Shown here one piece after another: positions 28,943 to 39,647 of a stretch of DNA of 64,000 nucleotides. Every line of letters starts with the position of its first letter. The first letter of the stretch is position 1. Position numbers and translations under genes: made by a program. The notes beneath the pieces were generated by a model, which was not told the origin of the DNA, ran no database searches, and was given only the letters and a program-made list of their open reading frames with translations. This DNA comes from an uncultured Campylobacter sp. (GTDB lineage: Bacteria > Campylobacterota > Campylobacteria > Campylobacterales > Campylobacteraceae): NCBI RefSeq assembly GCF_937921625.1, contig NZ_CAKZTI010000054.1, positions 21,703 to 85,702 of the forward strand, given 5' to 3'.

Positions 28943-29953
28943 ATGAAATATTTTTACTCCTCTTTTGTAGTAAGCCTAATTGCGCTTGCTATCGCATTTT
29001 ATATCGGCGGTGCTGGTGCCGCTTATATCTGTGCGCTTTTGTGCGCGCTGGAAATCAGCCTCAGCTTCGACAACGCCGTAGTCAATGCCAAGGTACTAAA
29101 AGATATGGCGCCGGTGTGGCAGAGCAGATTTATCCTCTGGGGCATTCCGATCGCGGTTTTTGGCATGAGGTTTTTATTCCCCGTACTAATCGTCGCCGCA
29201 AGCGCGCATCTGGGTCTTTGGGAAACCCTTGTGCTGGCGCTTAAGCAGCCGCACCGCTACCATGAAATTTTAAGCGAGAACGAAGCGCAAATTTACGTTT
29301 TCGGCGGCGCATTTTTGCTGATGGTCTTTTGCGATTTTTTCTTCGATGCGCGGCGCGAGCTACACTGGCTAGGCATAATCGAAAATAACGGGCTCGTGCG
29401 ATTTTTAAAACGCATTCCAAACGCCCCCACGCTGATCGCTCTAGCCGCGGGGCTCGTGCTGCTTGCTAAAACGGGCTCGGCTACGCTCGGCACAGCGTAT
29501 TTCGGCGCGATCCTGCTCTATCTGCTCATCTCCTGCTTCGACCGCCTTTTCGGCACGGACGGCGTAAAAAACGGCCTTGCGGGCTTTTTGTATTTAGAAA
29601 CCCTGGACGCGAGTTTTAGCTTCGACGGCGTGATCGGCGCGTTTGCGCTAAGCGATAATATCTTCATCATCATGCTAGGTCTCGGCGCGGGCGCGATGTT
29701 CGTGCGCTCCATCACGCTGTATCTCATCGCCCGCGGCACGCTGTCGCACTTCGCGTATCTGGAGCACGGCGCGCACTACGCCATCGCGTGTTTGGCGTTT
29801 ATAATGTTTGCCAAGCTGAAATTTGAAGTAAGCGAGATCATAACGGGCACCGTGGGGATATTATTCATCGCGCTATCGCTCCTTTCGTCGGTGCTTTACA
29901 ACCGCCGCAACAAACGCAAGCTAATCGAAACGATCGCGGGAAACAACGAATAA
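28943..29953 (+). CDS. DUF475 family membrane protein (TerC-like)
   Basis: LEISLSFDNAVVNA, FLYLETLDASFSFDGVIGAFA and YLEHGAHYAI; start taken at ATG 28943. Confidence 0.88.
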   Translation: MKYFYSSFVVSLIALAIAFYIGGAGAAYICALLCALEISLSFDNAVVNAKVLKDMAPVWQSRFILWGIPIAVFGMRFLFPVLIVAASAHLGLWETLVLALKQPHRYHEILSENEAQIYVFGGAFLLMVFCDFFFDARRELHWLGIIENNGLVRFLKRIPNAPTLIALAAGLVLLAKTGSATLGTAYFGAILLYLLISCFDRLFGTDGVKNGLAGFLYLETLDASFSFDGVIGAFALSDNIFIIMLGLGAGAMFVRSITLYLIARGTLSHFAYLEHGAHYAIACLAFIMFAKLKFEVSEIITGTVGILFIALSLLSSVLYNRRNKRKLIETIAGNNE

Positions 29954-30158
29954 AATTTCATCGCATATCTTGCTGCGCGCGAGATCAAATTTTAAAATTT
30001 CAAACCACTGCCGCAAGCGGTAAAATTCGCTCGCTTGCGCCGCGTTAAATTTCAAGAGACGCTAAATTTCAAAAAATGCCAAACTCCAAAAAGCGCTAAA
30101 TTTAAAGCCGCGGGCGATGAGATTGAGATTTTACGAAAAGCATTAAATTTTATCCATC

Positions 30159-31241
30159 CTAGCGATCGCGCGAGCTTAAGCCTTTATCGCGCAATCTTTG
30201 TAACTCCTTGCCGCTGAGGGATGGGCTATTTGCGGGCTCGCCGCTCTCGCTTGCGCCGCCAAAAAATCCCTCATTCAAGCGCAGCTCGTCAATGATACCC
30301 AGAAGCTGCAAAACCTCGGCCTTTATCCGCTCGGCGTCTTTTAGCGTAGTGCGCGGCGAAAACAGCGCGGGCTCGAAGCGGTTTTTCGCGCCGTTCAAAA
30401 ATAGATAAAATTTTCCGTCCATAAACGCCGCGCTAAGAGCGATCTTGGGCGCAAGCTTAAGCTTCAAAGCTCCGAGGCGATCCATAAAGCTAGGCGTCAA
30501 AAGATACCGCGCCTCTATCTTATCGCTTGCGAACACGCGAAATTCCTCTCCGAAAATCACGTCGTCCATCAGCTCCTGATCGCCTAAAAATTTGGTGCCG
30601 GGCGAGCGGTCCGCGATGATAGTTTGCCCCTTAAATTTCTTATAAAACTCGCACACCAAAACCGAGCCGCTAAAGGCTTGCACATATTCGCCGAGCCTCC
30701 AAGCGTTCCAAAGCGCGATCGCCGATAGCAAAAAAGCCGCGGAAAGATCGCTCTTGGACCTTTGAGATAGCCTTACAAGCTCCATAGACTCGCGCGTTTC
30801 ATAGATTTTTATCGCCTCGCTTAGGCTAAATTTTACCCCTTTATACACGCCGTCTATCTGATCCTCGGCTACGAATTCATTATTCGGATAGATGCCCGTT
30901 TTGCGGATTTCTTCTTCGTCTATGCCGCTTCGCGGCTCGTATCTAAAGGCAGGATCGATATCTGAAATAATAGCGCGGATGAAAGCGTCTTTGTAAAAGG
31001 CGTTGTACTCCCACTTGGCGATGGAATCATCATAAATCCCCCATACGCAGCTTACCGCAATTATCGGGATCATCGCGGACATCAGCACGGCGGAGGAGTA
31101 TTCGTTTTGGATCAAGCCGTGGATAAACCAGCCGACGGAAAAAACCGCGATGCATAGCAATAAAATCAGCGGTTTTAGAAATTTTATCTTGCACTGCTGC
31201 TGCTTTTTTGCCAGCTCCTCTATCACCCTATCCATATCCAA
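30159..31241 (-). CDS. DUF3137-like membrane-anchored protein
   Basis: EDQIDGVYKGVKFSLSE, FSGSVLVCEFYKKF and FRVFASDKIEARYLLTPSFMD. Confidence 0.72.
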   Translation of the reverse strand: MDMDRVIEELAKKQQQCKIKFLKPLILLLCIAVFSVGWFIHGLIQNEYSSAVLMSAMIPIIAVSCVWGIYDDSIAKWEYNAFYKDAFIRAIISDIDPAFRYEPRSGIDEEEIRKTGIYPNNEFVAEDQIDGVYKGVKFSLSEAIKIYETRESMELVRLSQRSKSDLSAAFLLSAIALWNAWRLGEYVQAFSGSVLVCEFYKKFKGQTIIADRSPGTKFLGDQELMDDVIFGEEFRVFASDKIEARYLLTPSFMDRLGALKLKLAPKIALSAAFMDGKFYLFLNGAKNRFEPALFSPRTTLKDAERIKAEVLQLLGIIDELRLNEGFFGGASESGEPANSPSLSGKELQRLRDKGLSSRDR

Positions 31242-31375
31242 AATTTAACTCCGAATTTGATTTGCCGAAATTTTGCCCTTTATTTTACGCTAAATTTTAT
31301 TAAAATTTCATCCGTTAAGCGGGTTTAAGATTTTTTATGCTATTTTTGCGACCTATTTCGATCAAAAGGCGAGAG

Positions 31376-31807
31376 ATGATAAATTTACCGAAAAATTGCG
31401 TGGTTTTTACCTACCCGAAAATGGGCAACAGCGGCAAATTTTTGCCCGCAGAGTTGCACGGCGTGGCGGGGCTTACGGGCTGCACGCTTCAGTGCAAGGC
31501 CTACGAGGGCGCGCTTGCGCAGATAAAAGCCCTCGGCTTTGAGCTTATCGCCGTAGGCAGCATGGGCGAGGCGGGCACGAGCGAGTTTAAGCGCGCTACG
31601 GGCGCTACGTTTGAGTTCATAAACGACGAAAAATTCGAGCTTGAAGCGCCGCTGCAGCTCGAAACCTTCACCACCGGCGACGGGAAGAAATTTTACCACC
31701 GTCAAACCCTGATTTTTAAAGACGGCAAGGAGATAAAGCGCTTTAGCCGTATCGCTGAACCCGAGCAGGATGCGCAAAACGTACTTGCGGCGCTAAAGAG
31801 CCTGTAA
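31376..31807 (+). CDS. Redoxin / BCP-like peroxiredoxin-family protein
   Basis: VVFTYPK...GLTGCTLQC...RQTLIF thioredoxin-fold pattern; start taken at ATG 31376. Confidence 0.65.
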   Translation: MINLPKNCVVFTYPKMGNSGKFLPAELHGVAGLTGCTLQCKAYEGALAQIKALGFELIAVGSMGEAGTSEFKRATGATFEFINDEKFELEAPLQLETFTTGDGKKFYHRQTLIFKDGKEIKRFSRIAEPEQDAQNVLAALKSL

Positions 31808-31943
31808 TCGATCGCTTTGGCGGCACGCTTTAAATTCGCGCTCCAAACACATTGCGACACAAAGCTGAAATTTAGGACAGAGCGCATTTTTATTAAATTC
31901 AGCATTTTTAATTAAAATGGCGCTAAATTTAACGGAGGCGGGT

Positions 31944-32504
31944 ATGAAAAAACTTCTATTTTTGGCGCTATTTTGCGCACTTGCGGCAAACTGCGGCGAG
32001 AGCGCGCAGGCGGAAAAAGCTTCTGCGGCGGGCAAAACGGACAAAACAACGAGTATCGGCGAGACCGCAAGCGCGCGCTTTATAAAGAGCGGCAAAGCAA
32101 GCGTCGGCTCGCAAAGCAGCGCCGATGCGGTCATCCAAACTGACGGAATTTCGCGGGCGGATCTGCAAAGCTGCATCGTAAAAAGCGACGAAGGCTCCTG
32201 CGAGCGCGTCGCGCGCGGTCTGAAAAGCGGCTGCGAGCGCAAAGATCAGCTGTCGTGCTTTTTCTACGCAGATGCGCTAGGGCGAGGCTTGGGCGTGGAG
32301 AAGGACGTCGTGGCGTCGTTTGAGCTTTTTCGCGAGCAGTGCGATGCCGGCAGTAGCGAAGCTTGCTACGAGCTGTCGGTCAAATATCTCCAAGGAATAG
32401 GCACTCCTCAAAGCTTTGAGCTCTCGGGGCAGGCGCTAGATAAAGCGTGTAAAATGCACAACAAGCGCGCCTGCGCGGTGCTCGATCTACTGCCGAAAAA
32501 TTAG
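31944..32504 (+). CDS. Secreted Sel1/Hcp-like Cys-rich repeat protein
   Basis: Signal peptide; GLGVEKD...A..LF..QCDAG...AC and YLQGIG...KAC repeats; GGAGG RBS before ATG 31944. Confidence 0.8.
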   Translation: MKKLLFLALFCALAANCGESAQAEKASAAGKTDKTTSIGETASARFIKSGKASVGSQSSADAVIQTDGISRADLQSCIVKSDEGSCERVARGLKSGCERKDQLSCFFYADALGRGLGVEKDVVASFELFREQCDAGSSEACYELSVKYLQGIGTPQSFELSGQALDKACKMHNKRACAVLDLLPKN

Positions 32505-32796
32505 TACAGAAGAGGCAAAGCGCTTCTTTGAGCGGCACAGAATTGCTTTTTAGGGCTAGACCGCGTAGATTGCCGGACGCCTTGTAAATTTCGCCGCACG
32601 AAAGCTTAAATTTTACAACTCGCACCTAGATGAGCGTGCGATCCGCATTTAAAGGCGCCGACCACCGCGTAGCAGCCCCGTCCTGCTTCGAATGAGCGAG
32701 GTTCGGTTTTAAAATTTAAAGCGATTTTCGTGGGTGCGGCGCACGATGAAGCGGTAAATCAAAGCGTGCGAGCGGATAAACGAAAAAGGAGCAAAG

Positions 32797-33315
32797 ATGA
32801 AAGCTTTAAAGCTTGCGCTGGCGGCGGCGCTGGCGCTTAGTTTGGTAAACGCGGACGGTGAAGCCAAAGAGTTTAAATTTAGCGGCGCAAAAACCAGTGC
32901 GCTTTTAGCAAAATGCAGCAAAAAGGACGCCGCCGCATGCTACGAAGCGGCGATGAGATACGAGCTGGGCGGTCGCGGCGTCGTGCGAAACCGCTTCAAA
33001 GCACAGGGCTTTTTCGCAGACGCGTGCGAGCTCGCCACCCTCGCCGAGCGGAAGCAGGGAGGCAAAACGGACGGCGCGGGCGGGCGGGCGATGAGCGATC
33101 TGCGCGAGCGAGCCTGCCTAGGCAATGCCGCGGCGCTGGAGAGCTTCGCGAGCGGGCAGTGCCGCAACCTCGTGATATACGACGAGCTTTGCGAGGGCGG
33201 CTCGCAGGAGGCGTGCGACAATCTGGCGCGGATGAAGCGCGAAGGCTGGGCGCCTAAGGAGAGCTGCAGCGATGAGATAGTCGCAAAATTCGGCGACGGC
33301 AAGCCACAAAGATAA
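32797..33315 (+). CDS. Secreted Sel1/Hcp-like Cys-rich repeat protein
   Basis: Signal peptide; C..KDAAACY..A..YE.G.RGV..N..KA..FF..ACEL. Confidence 0.7.
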   Translation: MKALKLALAAALALSLVNADGEAKEFKFSGAKTSALLAKCSKKDAAACYEAAMRYELGGRGVVRNRFKAQGFFADACELATLAERKQGGKTDGAGGRAMSDLRERACLGNAAALESFASGQCRNLVIYDELCEGGSQEACDNLARMKREGWAPKESCSDEIVAKFGDGKPQR

Positions 33316-34266
33316 AATTCCACCCCATTTCACGGCGATAGAGTTTAAAATTCCACGAGTATAAAATTTGCCGAAATTTTAGTAAAACTCGACCGAAAAT
33401 AGTGACAAGGCGGGCTAAATTTTGAATTCTAAAACGCGTTTAAATTCATGTATTGAGTGGCGTCAATTTTTGGGCTCAGCAAAGATTATAATTTGTGCGG
33501 CAAGGCTCTTTGAATTGTAAATCGTGCGTGACGGCCAGGCTAAAATTTTAAGAACTAGAATTTAAACAAAATCTGAAATTTAGTCGTGACGATGATATAA
33601 TTTTTAGAATTTTGCAAGCGTAAAATATCAAAATTTTGTGTATCTATATCGAGCCGTTCCCAAAAAAAGCGCGGTCGAAATTTTAAATTGCCGTCTTGCG
33701 TGTAGTGGCAAGAATTTTAGGCAGAGGGAATTTCAATTAATGTGGATTAAAATATAGGTGCGGCGGGCAAATGCGTGCACCGCAAGCGATGTAATTTCAA
33801 ATATGAGTTCAAGGCTCGCTAGACGCGGAATTTGAACGCCACGAGCGATAAATTTTTAAAACGCCTATTTTAAAATTGCGAGGCCGGGATTTAAATTTAA
33901 GTGCGGTGAGTGATTAAATTGCAAAAGGAAGCTTAAATTTAAATATCGCAGCTCACAAATTATGCGATGAAATTTTGCGCCTAAATTCCGCAAGATTTGG
34001 TGCGAGATAAGCGTTTAATGATATCGTAGCTAGATCATTAACCAAGCTTCAATCACGCTAAAACCCTATTTACCGAGCGCTCGCGCAAGCGGGTATTGCA
34101 AACCGCCGAAGCAAAAAAGCTTGATCAAAAGCGTTTGCGGCGTATATCCCAACCGACCGCCCCCCCATATTTTGCTCTATAGCCTAGCTCGCGCACGAAA
34201 TTTTAGGATTTTGAAATTTAGCGCAAAAATATTATAATTTCGCCCAAATCACGGCTAGGACAGAAA

Positions 34267-35775
34267 ATGAACTCACGCGTGCAAAACAAATATCTAAAAT
34301 CAAAAATTATGAGCGCCGAGGAAGCCTGCGAGCTGATCCCAAATGGCGCATCGGTGGGCTTTAGCGGCTTTGTTGGGGCTGGCTGCGCGCTAGCGCTACC
34401 ACAAGCCCTGGCACAACGAGCGACAGCACTGCACAAAAAAGGCGAGCCCTATCAAATCGAAATTTTTACAGGCGCATCGACCGATCCGCTTTTAGACGGA
34501 GTTTTGGCAAAAGCAGGTGCCGTGAGCTTTCGCGCGCCGTTTTTTACGGATGCCGATATGCGCCGTGCGATAAATAGCGGCGCCGTGCGATACGCAGACG
34601 TGCATCTATCAAGCCTTGCCGCGCAGCTTAAGGCGGGCTTTTTTCCGCATCTAAACTTTGCTGTGATCGAAGTGGTAGCGATTAAAGAAAGCGGCGAGCT
34701 CGTGCCGTCCACATCGCTAGGCAACAACCAAGCCTGGCTCGATATCGCCGATCGCGTGATTTTAGAAGTGAATTACTATCAGCCGCTTGAGCTTGATGGC
34801 ATTCACGACGTTACGGATCTGCGCCTGCCGCCGCATGCTGAGGAACTGCCGATCAAGCATGTAGGTGATCGCGTAGGCAGCCCATACATGCATGTAGATC
34901 CCGCCAAAGTAATCGCTGTCATAGAGGCTAGGACGCATGATCGCGTCAATAATTTTACCGCCGTGGATGAAATTTCAAGCGCGATTGGGCGCAACGTCGT
35001 AAAATTCCTAAAAAACGAGGAGGCTTGCGGCAGACTTCCCGCAAAGAAGCTGCTGCCGCTACAATCGGGCATCGGCAACGTCGCTAACGCCGTGCTTAGC
35101 TCACTACAAAATGCTGGCTACCAAGGGCTGCAGTGCTACTCCGAGGTGATCCAAGACGGCATGCTAGATCTTATCAAAAGAGGCGTCGTAGGCACTGCAA
35201 GTGCCACAGCGCTATCGCTTAGCCCTGCAGGTGTCGAGGAATTTCAAAAAAACATCGATTTCTACCGCAAGCACATCATACTGCGCTCACAAGACGTCTC
35301 CAACTCGCCAGCGCTCATCAGAAAGCTCGGCGTCGTGTCGATGAATGGCATGCTCGAGGCAGATATCTACGGCAACGTAAACTCCACCAACGTCATGGGT
35401 TCGCAGATGAAAAATGGCATCGGCGGTAGTGGCGACTTCGCTCGCAACGGATATTTGTCGCTATTTTTGAGCCCGTCGCTCGCTAAGGGCGGCGCGATTA
35501 GCGCTATCGTGCCCTTCGTGAGCCACGTCGATCATACCGAGCACGACACTCAAGTCATCATCACCGAATACGGCATCGCCGATCTGCGCGGTAAATGCCC
35601 TCGTGAGCGTGCTCGCGCGATGATAAGCATCGCGCATCCCACTTACCAAGACGCGCTGAGAGATTATTTCGAGCGGGCATGTGCGCAGCCCTGTGCGGGG
35701 CATACTCCACACATCCTAAGCGAGGCGCTGTCGTGGCATCAAAGATTTAAGGATACGGGGAGCATGAAGGCTTAG
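34267..35775 (+). CDS. Acetyl-CoA hydrolase / succinate CoA-transferase family protein
   Basis: PLQSGIGNVANAV, YSEVIQDG, NGIGGSGDFARN and SHVDHTEHD. Confidence 0.93.
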   Translation: MNSRVQNKYLKSKIMSAEEACELIPNGASVGFSGFVGAGCALALPQALAQRATALHKKGEPYQIEIFTGASTDPLLDGVLAKAGAVSFRAPFFTDADMRRAINSGAVRYADVHLSSLAAQLKAGFFPHLNFAVIEVVAIKESGELVPSTSLGNNQAWLDIADRVILEVNYYQPLELDGIHDVTDLRLPPHAEELPIKHVGDRVGSPYMHVDPAKVIAVIEARTHDRVNNFTAVDEISSAIGRNVVKFLKNEEACGRLPAKKLLPLQSGIGNVANAVLSSLQNAGYQGLQCYSEVIQDGMLDLIKRGVVGTASATALSLSPAGVEEFQKNIDFYRKHIILRSQDVSNSPALIRKLGVVSMNGMLEADIYGNVNSTNVMGSQMKNGIGGSGDFARNGYLSLFLSPSLAKGGAISAIVPFVSHVDHTEHDTQVIITEYGIADLRGKCPRERARAMISIAHPTYQDALRDYFERACAQPCAGHTPHILSEALSWHQRFKDTGSMKA

Positions 35776-36364
35776 AGCGAATTTACTTGAGCTAATGCAC
35801 TAAAGCCTAAAGATTAAACCCATTCTTGCTGAAGTGGGAAGTTTGCACTTAAAAATTCTGTCTGCATTTGAAAGCTCTATCGCTACTTAGAGCAAGGCGT
35901 GCTAAAATTTTATTTTGCAAAGCTCGCGCGAAATGTTATAAAACGAATGGATCGAAATTTGCGCCATAAAATTTTAAAATTTGCAGGCGGATTTAAGGTG
36001 CGGAATTTAAAATTTTATCGCTACGGAATTTTAAAATTTAGCCCTAAATTTGCAGTTCGCGCATTTTAAATTTTAAAATTCTACGGCTTAGAATTTTAAA
36101 ATTTTGAACTTCGCAAAATTTCATCCATAAATCCGCTATTAAATTTTAAATTTAGCTCTCACTTCATTTGCCACGCGTAAGCTTTTTTGGCAATTTAGCT
36201 ATAAGGCGCGCCATAAGTTCGCGATAAAACCGCGTAGTATTTGCCAAGATAAATTCCTATGAATTAAAGCGGCGACTTGCTAAATCAGAATTTCTCACCT
36301 TACGAAGGCGATCTTTGGGCTATAAATTTAAAGAGGCGGGCTATAAAGTCGCGGCGAGATGAGA

Positions 36365-38785
36365 TTAGAATTTTATCCTCGAAGGCTCCATCGGCTTGCT
36401 GTAGAAGTAGCCTTGCATATATTTAATCCCCATCTCTTCTAAGATGATTGAAATTTCGTGGTTTTCTACGTATTCGGCGATGAGCTCGTAGCCCTGCTTG
36501 CGCGCGAAGTTAGCGATGGTTTCGACGATAGCGCGCGAGTTTTTATCGTTTGCGATGTTTTTGATGAGTGCTCCGTCGATCTTTATGTAATCCACGTCGA
36601 GCGTTAAAATTCTATAGTAGTTGGAGTATCCGCTGCCAAAATCGTCTATCGCGACCTTGCAGCCGTAGTTTTTGGCTACGGCGATGAAGCTTCTAAGACT
36701 CTCGTAATCGTCAAATTCCTCGCTTTCTAAAATTTCGATGAATAGATTTGAAGCATTTGGGCTGGATGCGAGCTTGCGCTCTAAAAGCTCTTTGATGCCT
36801 TCGTTTGCGATGTCAAAATATGAAAGATTTATGCTAAAGCAAGTTCCCGCGAAGCGGTCTAGCAAGCGAAAGGCTTCGTTTATTACGACCTGAGTTAGCG
36901 GGATGTAGAGAGAGGTTTGCTTTGCGATGTCGATAAACTCACCCGGGCAGCGCGTCTTGCCCGAGCGGTCGATTAGGCGGATTAGAATTTCATATACTAA
37001 CGGGACATAATCACCGCCCTCGGTGCCGTAGGTGTTACCACTAGGATCGCGGTGGGTGATATCAAATATGGGCTGAACAAGCACAAAGACTTGATTTTTC
37101 TTGATCGCATTTTGAATGGTGTTGATCATAATCTGATTTTGCAGATATTTTTCCTCAATCGCATTTGGGCGCGAATAAAAGCCCACGTGCTCGTTTTTGC
37201 TCTGCGCCTCATACATCGCCATAACCGCCTGAAAGACCCTATTTGCGCCACCCGCTACGTCGGCACGCTCGCTCACGCCCATCGTGATATTTAAAGGCGC
37301 GGAGGCAAAGCCCTCGGTGGTATGGAGATTAAAAACCTTGTCGGTGAAGTATTTATTTATGATCTCCGCGTCGCGCGCGACATTTAGTCCCTCGTAAAAT
37401 AGGCAAAACTCATCCGATTGGATGCGAAAGATACTAGCTTTGATCTCGTGCGATTCGATACACATCGCAAGCGTACGCGCAAAGGAGCGCAGAATTTCAT
37501 TCGTCGTCTCCGCCTTGTAAAAAAGCCGTAAATTTGCAAAATTTACGATAGTTATGTAGATCGCTACGCCCGTTTTTTCGGCGTTTATTAGCTCATATAG
37601 CGCTGCTTCGTTGCCCTGACCCGTAAGATGATCGATATAGACTTGATTGTTTAAGCTCTCCTTTGCGCTCGCAAGAGCTAGTTTCATAATCTCGCGCTCA
37701 CCGATGTCATGAGTGTAAAGCGCATATAGCGGCGGCTTGGATGCAGCCACGATATTTGCTAGTCTTAGGCTTACATCGGCTAGCTCGCCGTTTTTACGGA
37801 GCAGGCGCGTATCTTTGGCGCTTTTATTTACCATCGTAGGAAGTTCGATCCCTTTATCTTTGGGCATCAAAACTCCAAGATCGCTCCCTTGTAGCTCGCT
37901 TTGTTCGTAGCCGCTTAAGCTAAGCGCGCTTTTATTAGCGTATAAAATTTTAAAGTTTTGATCTGCTAAAACTATCGCTTCGCCTGCCTCCTCGCATAGC
38001 GCGCGATAGGGCGCGAGGGCGCGTTTACTACGCAAAGCATCGGAATTTATGATGTAAGTAAGCAGTAAAAACGACAAAAACACCGCCGTGTAAAGCATCG
38101 TCATTTGCATAAACGAGCCGTAAAATTCCTCGCTAGCGTAAGAAAATCGCTCGCGCAGGCTTGCGAAGCGCTCGTTGAGCAACGAGAGATTATCGCTTAC
38201 AATGATATTTTGCCGCTCGAAATTCCTTAAAATTTGCCGTGCGATTCCTATAAACGCAGCTTCGTCGGGGCTTGACGCATCTGCGCTTTCTAGCGCACTT
38301 TTTAAAGCGGAGATCTCGGAGCGATTTTTATAATTAAGCCCTAAAATTTGAGAGTAGAGATTTGCTCTTTGCGCATTTGCGCCACTGGATAAAAATTTTT
38401 GCTGCAGACTTTGAAAAAGGATTAAATTCTGCGAATTTAAAGCCCCAAGCTCGTCCAAAAGTGAAATCTTATCGCTAAAAGCGTTTCCGATCGCGCGCAC
38501 ATCGCTGCTAAGTCCGATTTTATCGATGATTTTGTCTTTTTGTAAAGCTTGCAGCACCTGATAGATGCCGCGCATATCGGCATTTGCGATCGAAAAGTCC
38601 CTTCTTGCGATCTTTGCATCAAATAATATATTTAAGCGGTTATCGGCGTTATCGATCAAAGCTAGCTCGCGCGAAATCGTGCTAAATCTCGCTACATCTC
38701 TTAGCGACGAGAAATAATTCCCGGCGATGATTATGCCTAATATCATAATCCCCACCATCAAAGCCCACATTATCTTATCTTTCAT
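36365..38785 (-). CDS. Membrane sensor with PAS, degenerate GGDEF and EAL domains (probable c-di-GMP phosphodiesterase)
   Basis: Two TMs flank a helical periplasmic domain. PAS ILYANKSA..LSGY; GGDEF site reads IQSDEF; EAL motifs EIL, SINLS, IEILE, DDFGSGYS, KIDG, IAEYVE and QGY. Confidence 0.88.
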   Translation of the reverse strand: MKDKIMWALMVGIMILGIIIAGNYFSSLRDVARFSTISRELALIDNADNRLNILFDAKIARRDFSIANADMRGIYQVLQALQKDKIIDKIGLSSDVRAIGNAFSDKISLLDELGALNSQNLILFQSLQQKFLSSGANAQRANLYSQILGLNYKNRSEISALKSALESADASSPDEAAFIGIARQILRNFERQNIIVSDNLSLLNERFASLRERFSYASEEFYGSFMQMTMLYTAVFLSFLLLTYIINSDALRSKRALAPYRALCEEAGEAIVLADQNFKILYANKSALSLSGYEQSELQGSDLGVLMPKDKGIELPTMVNKSAKDTRLLRKNGELADVSLRLANIVAASKPPLYALYTHDIGEREIMKLALASAKESLNNQVYIDHLTGQGNEAALYELINAEKTGVAIYITIVNFANLRLFYKAETTNEILRSFARTLAMCIESHEIKASIFRIQSDEFCLFYEGLNVARDAEIINKYFTDKVFNLHTTEGFASAPLNITMGVSERADVAGGANRVFQAVMAMYEAQSKNEHVGFYSRPNAIEEKYLQNQIMINTIQNAIKKNQVFVLVQPIFDITHRDPSGNTYGTEGGDYVPLVYEILIRLIDRSGKTRCPGEFIDIAKQTSLYIPLTQVVINEAFRLLDRFAGTCFSINLSYFDIANEGIKELLERKLASSPNASNLFIEILESEEFDDYESLRSFIAVAKNYGCKVAIDDFGSGYSNYYRILTLDVDYIKIDGALIKNIANDKNSRAIVETIANFARKQGYELIAEYVENHEISIILEEMGIKYMQGYFYSKPMEPSRIKF

Positions 38786-39647
38786 CCTGCGCCTCCGTCA
38801 TCTCGCCCTTAAGTGTAGCCAAAAAGCTCATCAAAGCATCAAGCTCCCCATCGTTAAGATCGTATTTTAGCAGATCCTTTGCGATCTGTCGCACCGCAAG
38901 ACGCAAATCCGTCTGCCCGTTTACGTAAGGTGCGGTTTGCGTGATATTACGCAAGCTAGGCACGCGGCGCAACTCAAATCCGTCGGAAGTGAACCTATGC
39001 CTAGGCGCATCCTCCTCTTCCGCGCTTGGGCGAATTTTAGTAAAACTGCCGGTGCCTAGGCTAACGCCGTTGTGACATGCCGAGCACAGCCGCACAAAAA
39101 GCACATATCCGTTATATTCGGCATCATTTAGCTTAACCTCGCCGCGCAAAAATCGGTCAAATTTGGAATTTATCGCCGTTTTGGACTTTAAAAATTCCGC
39201 CAGCGCATCAATGAAGTTCGCCGTATTCGCCTCGCCGTAAGCACTTTCAAAAGCCTGCTTGTAGGCTAAATTCTTCCTAATAAGCTCTAAAATTTTATCT
39301 TCGCTCGCATCAAGCTCGTTCGTGCCAAAGACCGACGCTGCGATCCGCGCTTCAAAGCCCGCGAAATTATAATCGCCTAAGTAGCGATCAAAGTAATAAG
39401 AATTTATTAGCGTAGGCACGCGTCCATCGCGTACTGAAGCGCCTGAGTCGTTTAGATAGAAGTTATGGCAGCTCTCGCAGGAGCGGCCTTTGCTACTAAA
39501 TCTTACATCGGTAAAAATTTTTGCGCCCAGCCGCGCCTTTTGTGGGTCATATTTAGGCATCTCAAGCGGCGAGAAAAGATTGCCGCAAAGCCCCAAAACC
39601 GGCGCCAGGCTAAATATAAAACAGCTTAAAGCTCGCTTCGATCTCAT
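38775..39647 (-). CDS. Di-haem cytochrome c peroxidase-family protein (degenerate)
   Basis: LG..IF.D.RFS, CESCH, SKFDRFLRG, CSACH and VPSLRNI..TAPY. Confidence 0.8.
   Translation of the reverse strand: MRSKRALSCFIFSLAPVLGLCGNLFSPLEMPKYDPQKARLGAKIFTDVRFSSKGRSCESCHNFYLNDSGASVRDGRVPTLINSYYFDRYLGDYNFAGFEARIAASVFGTNELDASEDKILELIRKNLAYKQAFESAYGEANTANFIDALAEFLKSKTAINSKFDRFLRGEVKLNDAEYNGYVLFVRLCSACHNGVSLGTGSFTKIRPSAEEEDAPRHRFTSDGFELRRVPSLRNITQTAPYVNGQTDLRLAVRQIAKDLLKYDLNDGELDALMSFLATLKGEMTEAQDER

Noticed and set aside
33316..34217. Hidden gene or RNA in the ~900-bp gap
   Set aside because: No credible ORF or recognisable RNA motif; it looks like RAATTY-rich filler, although an sRNA cannot be excluded.
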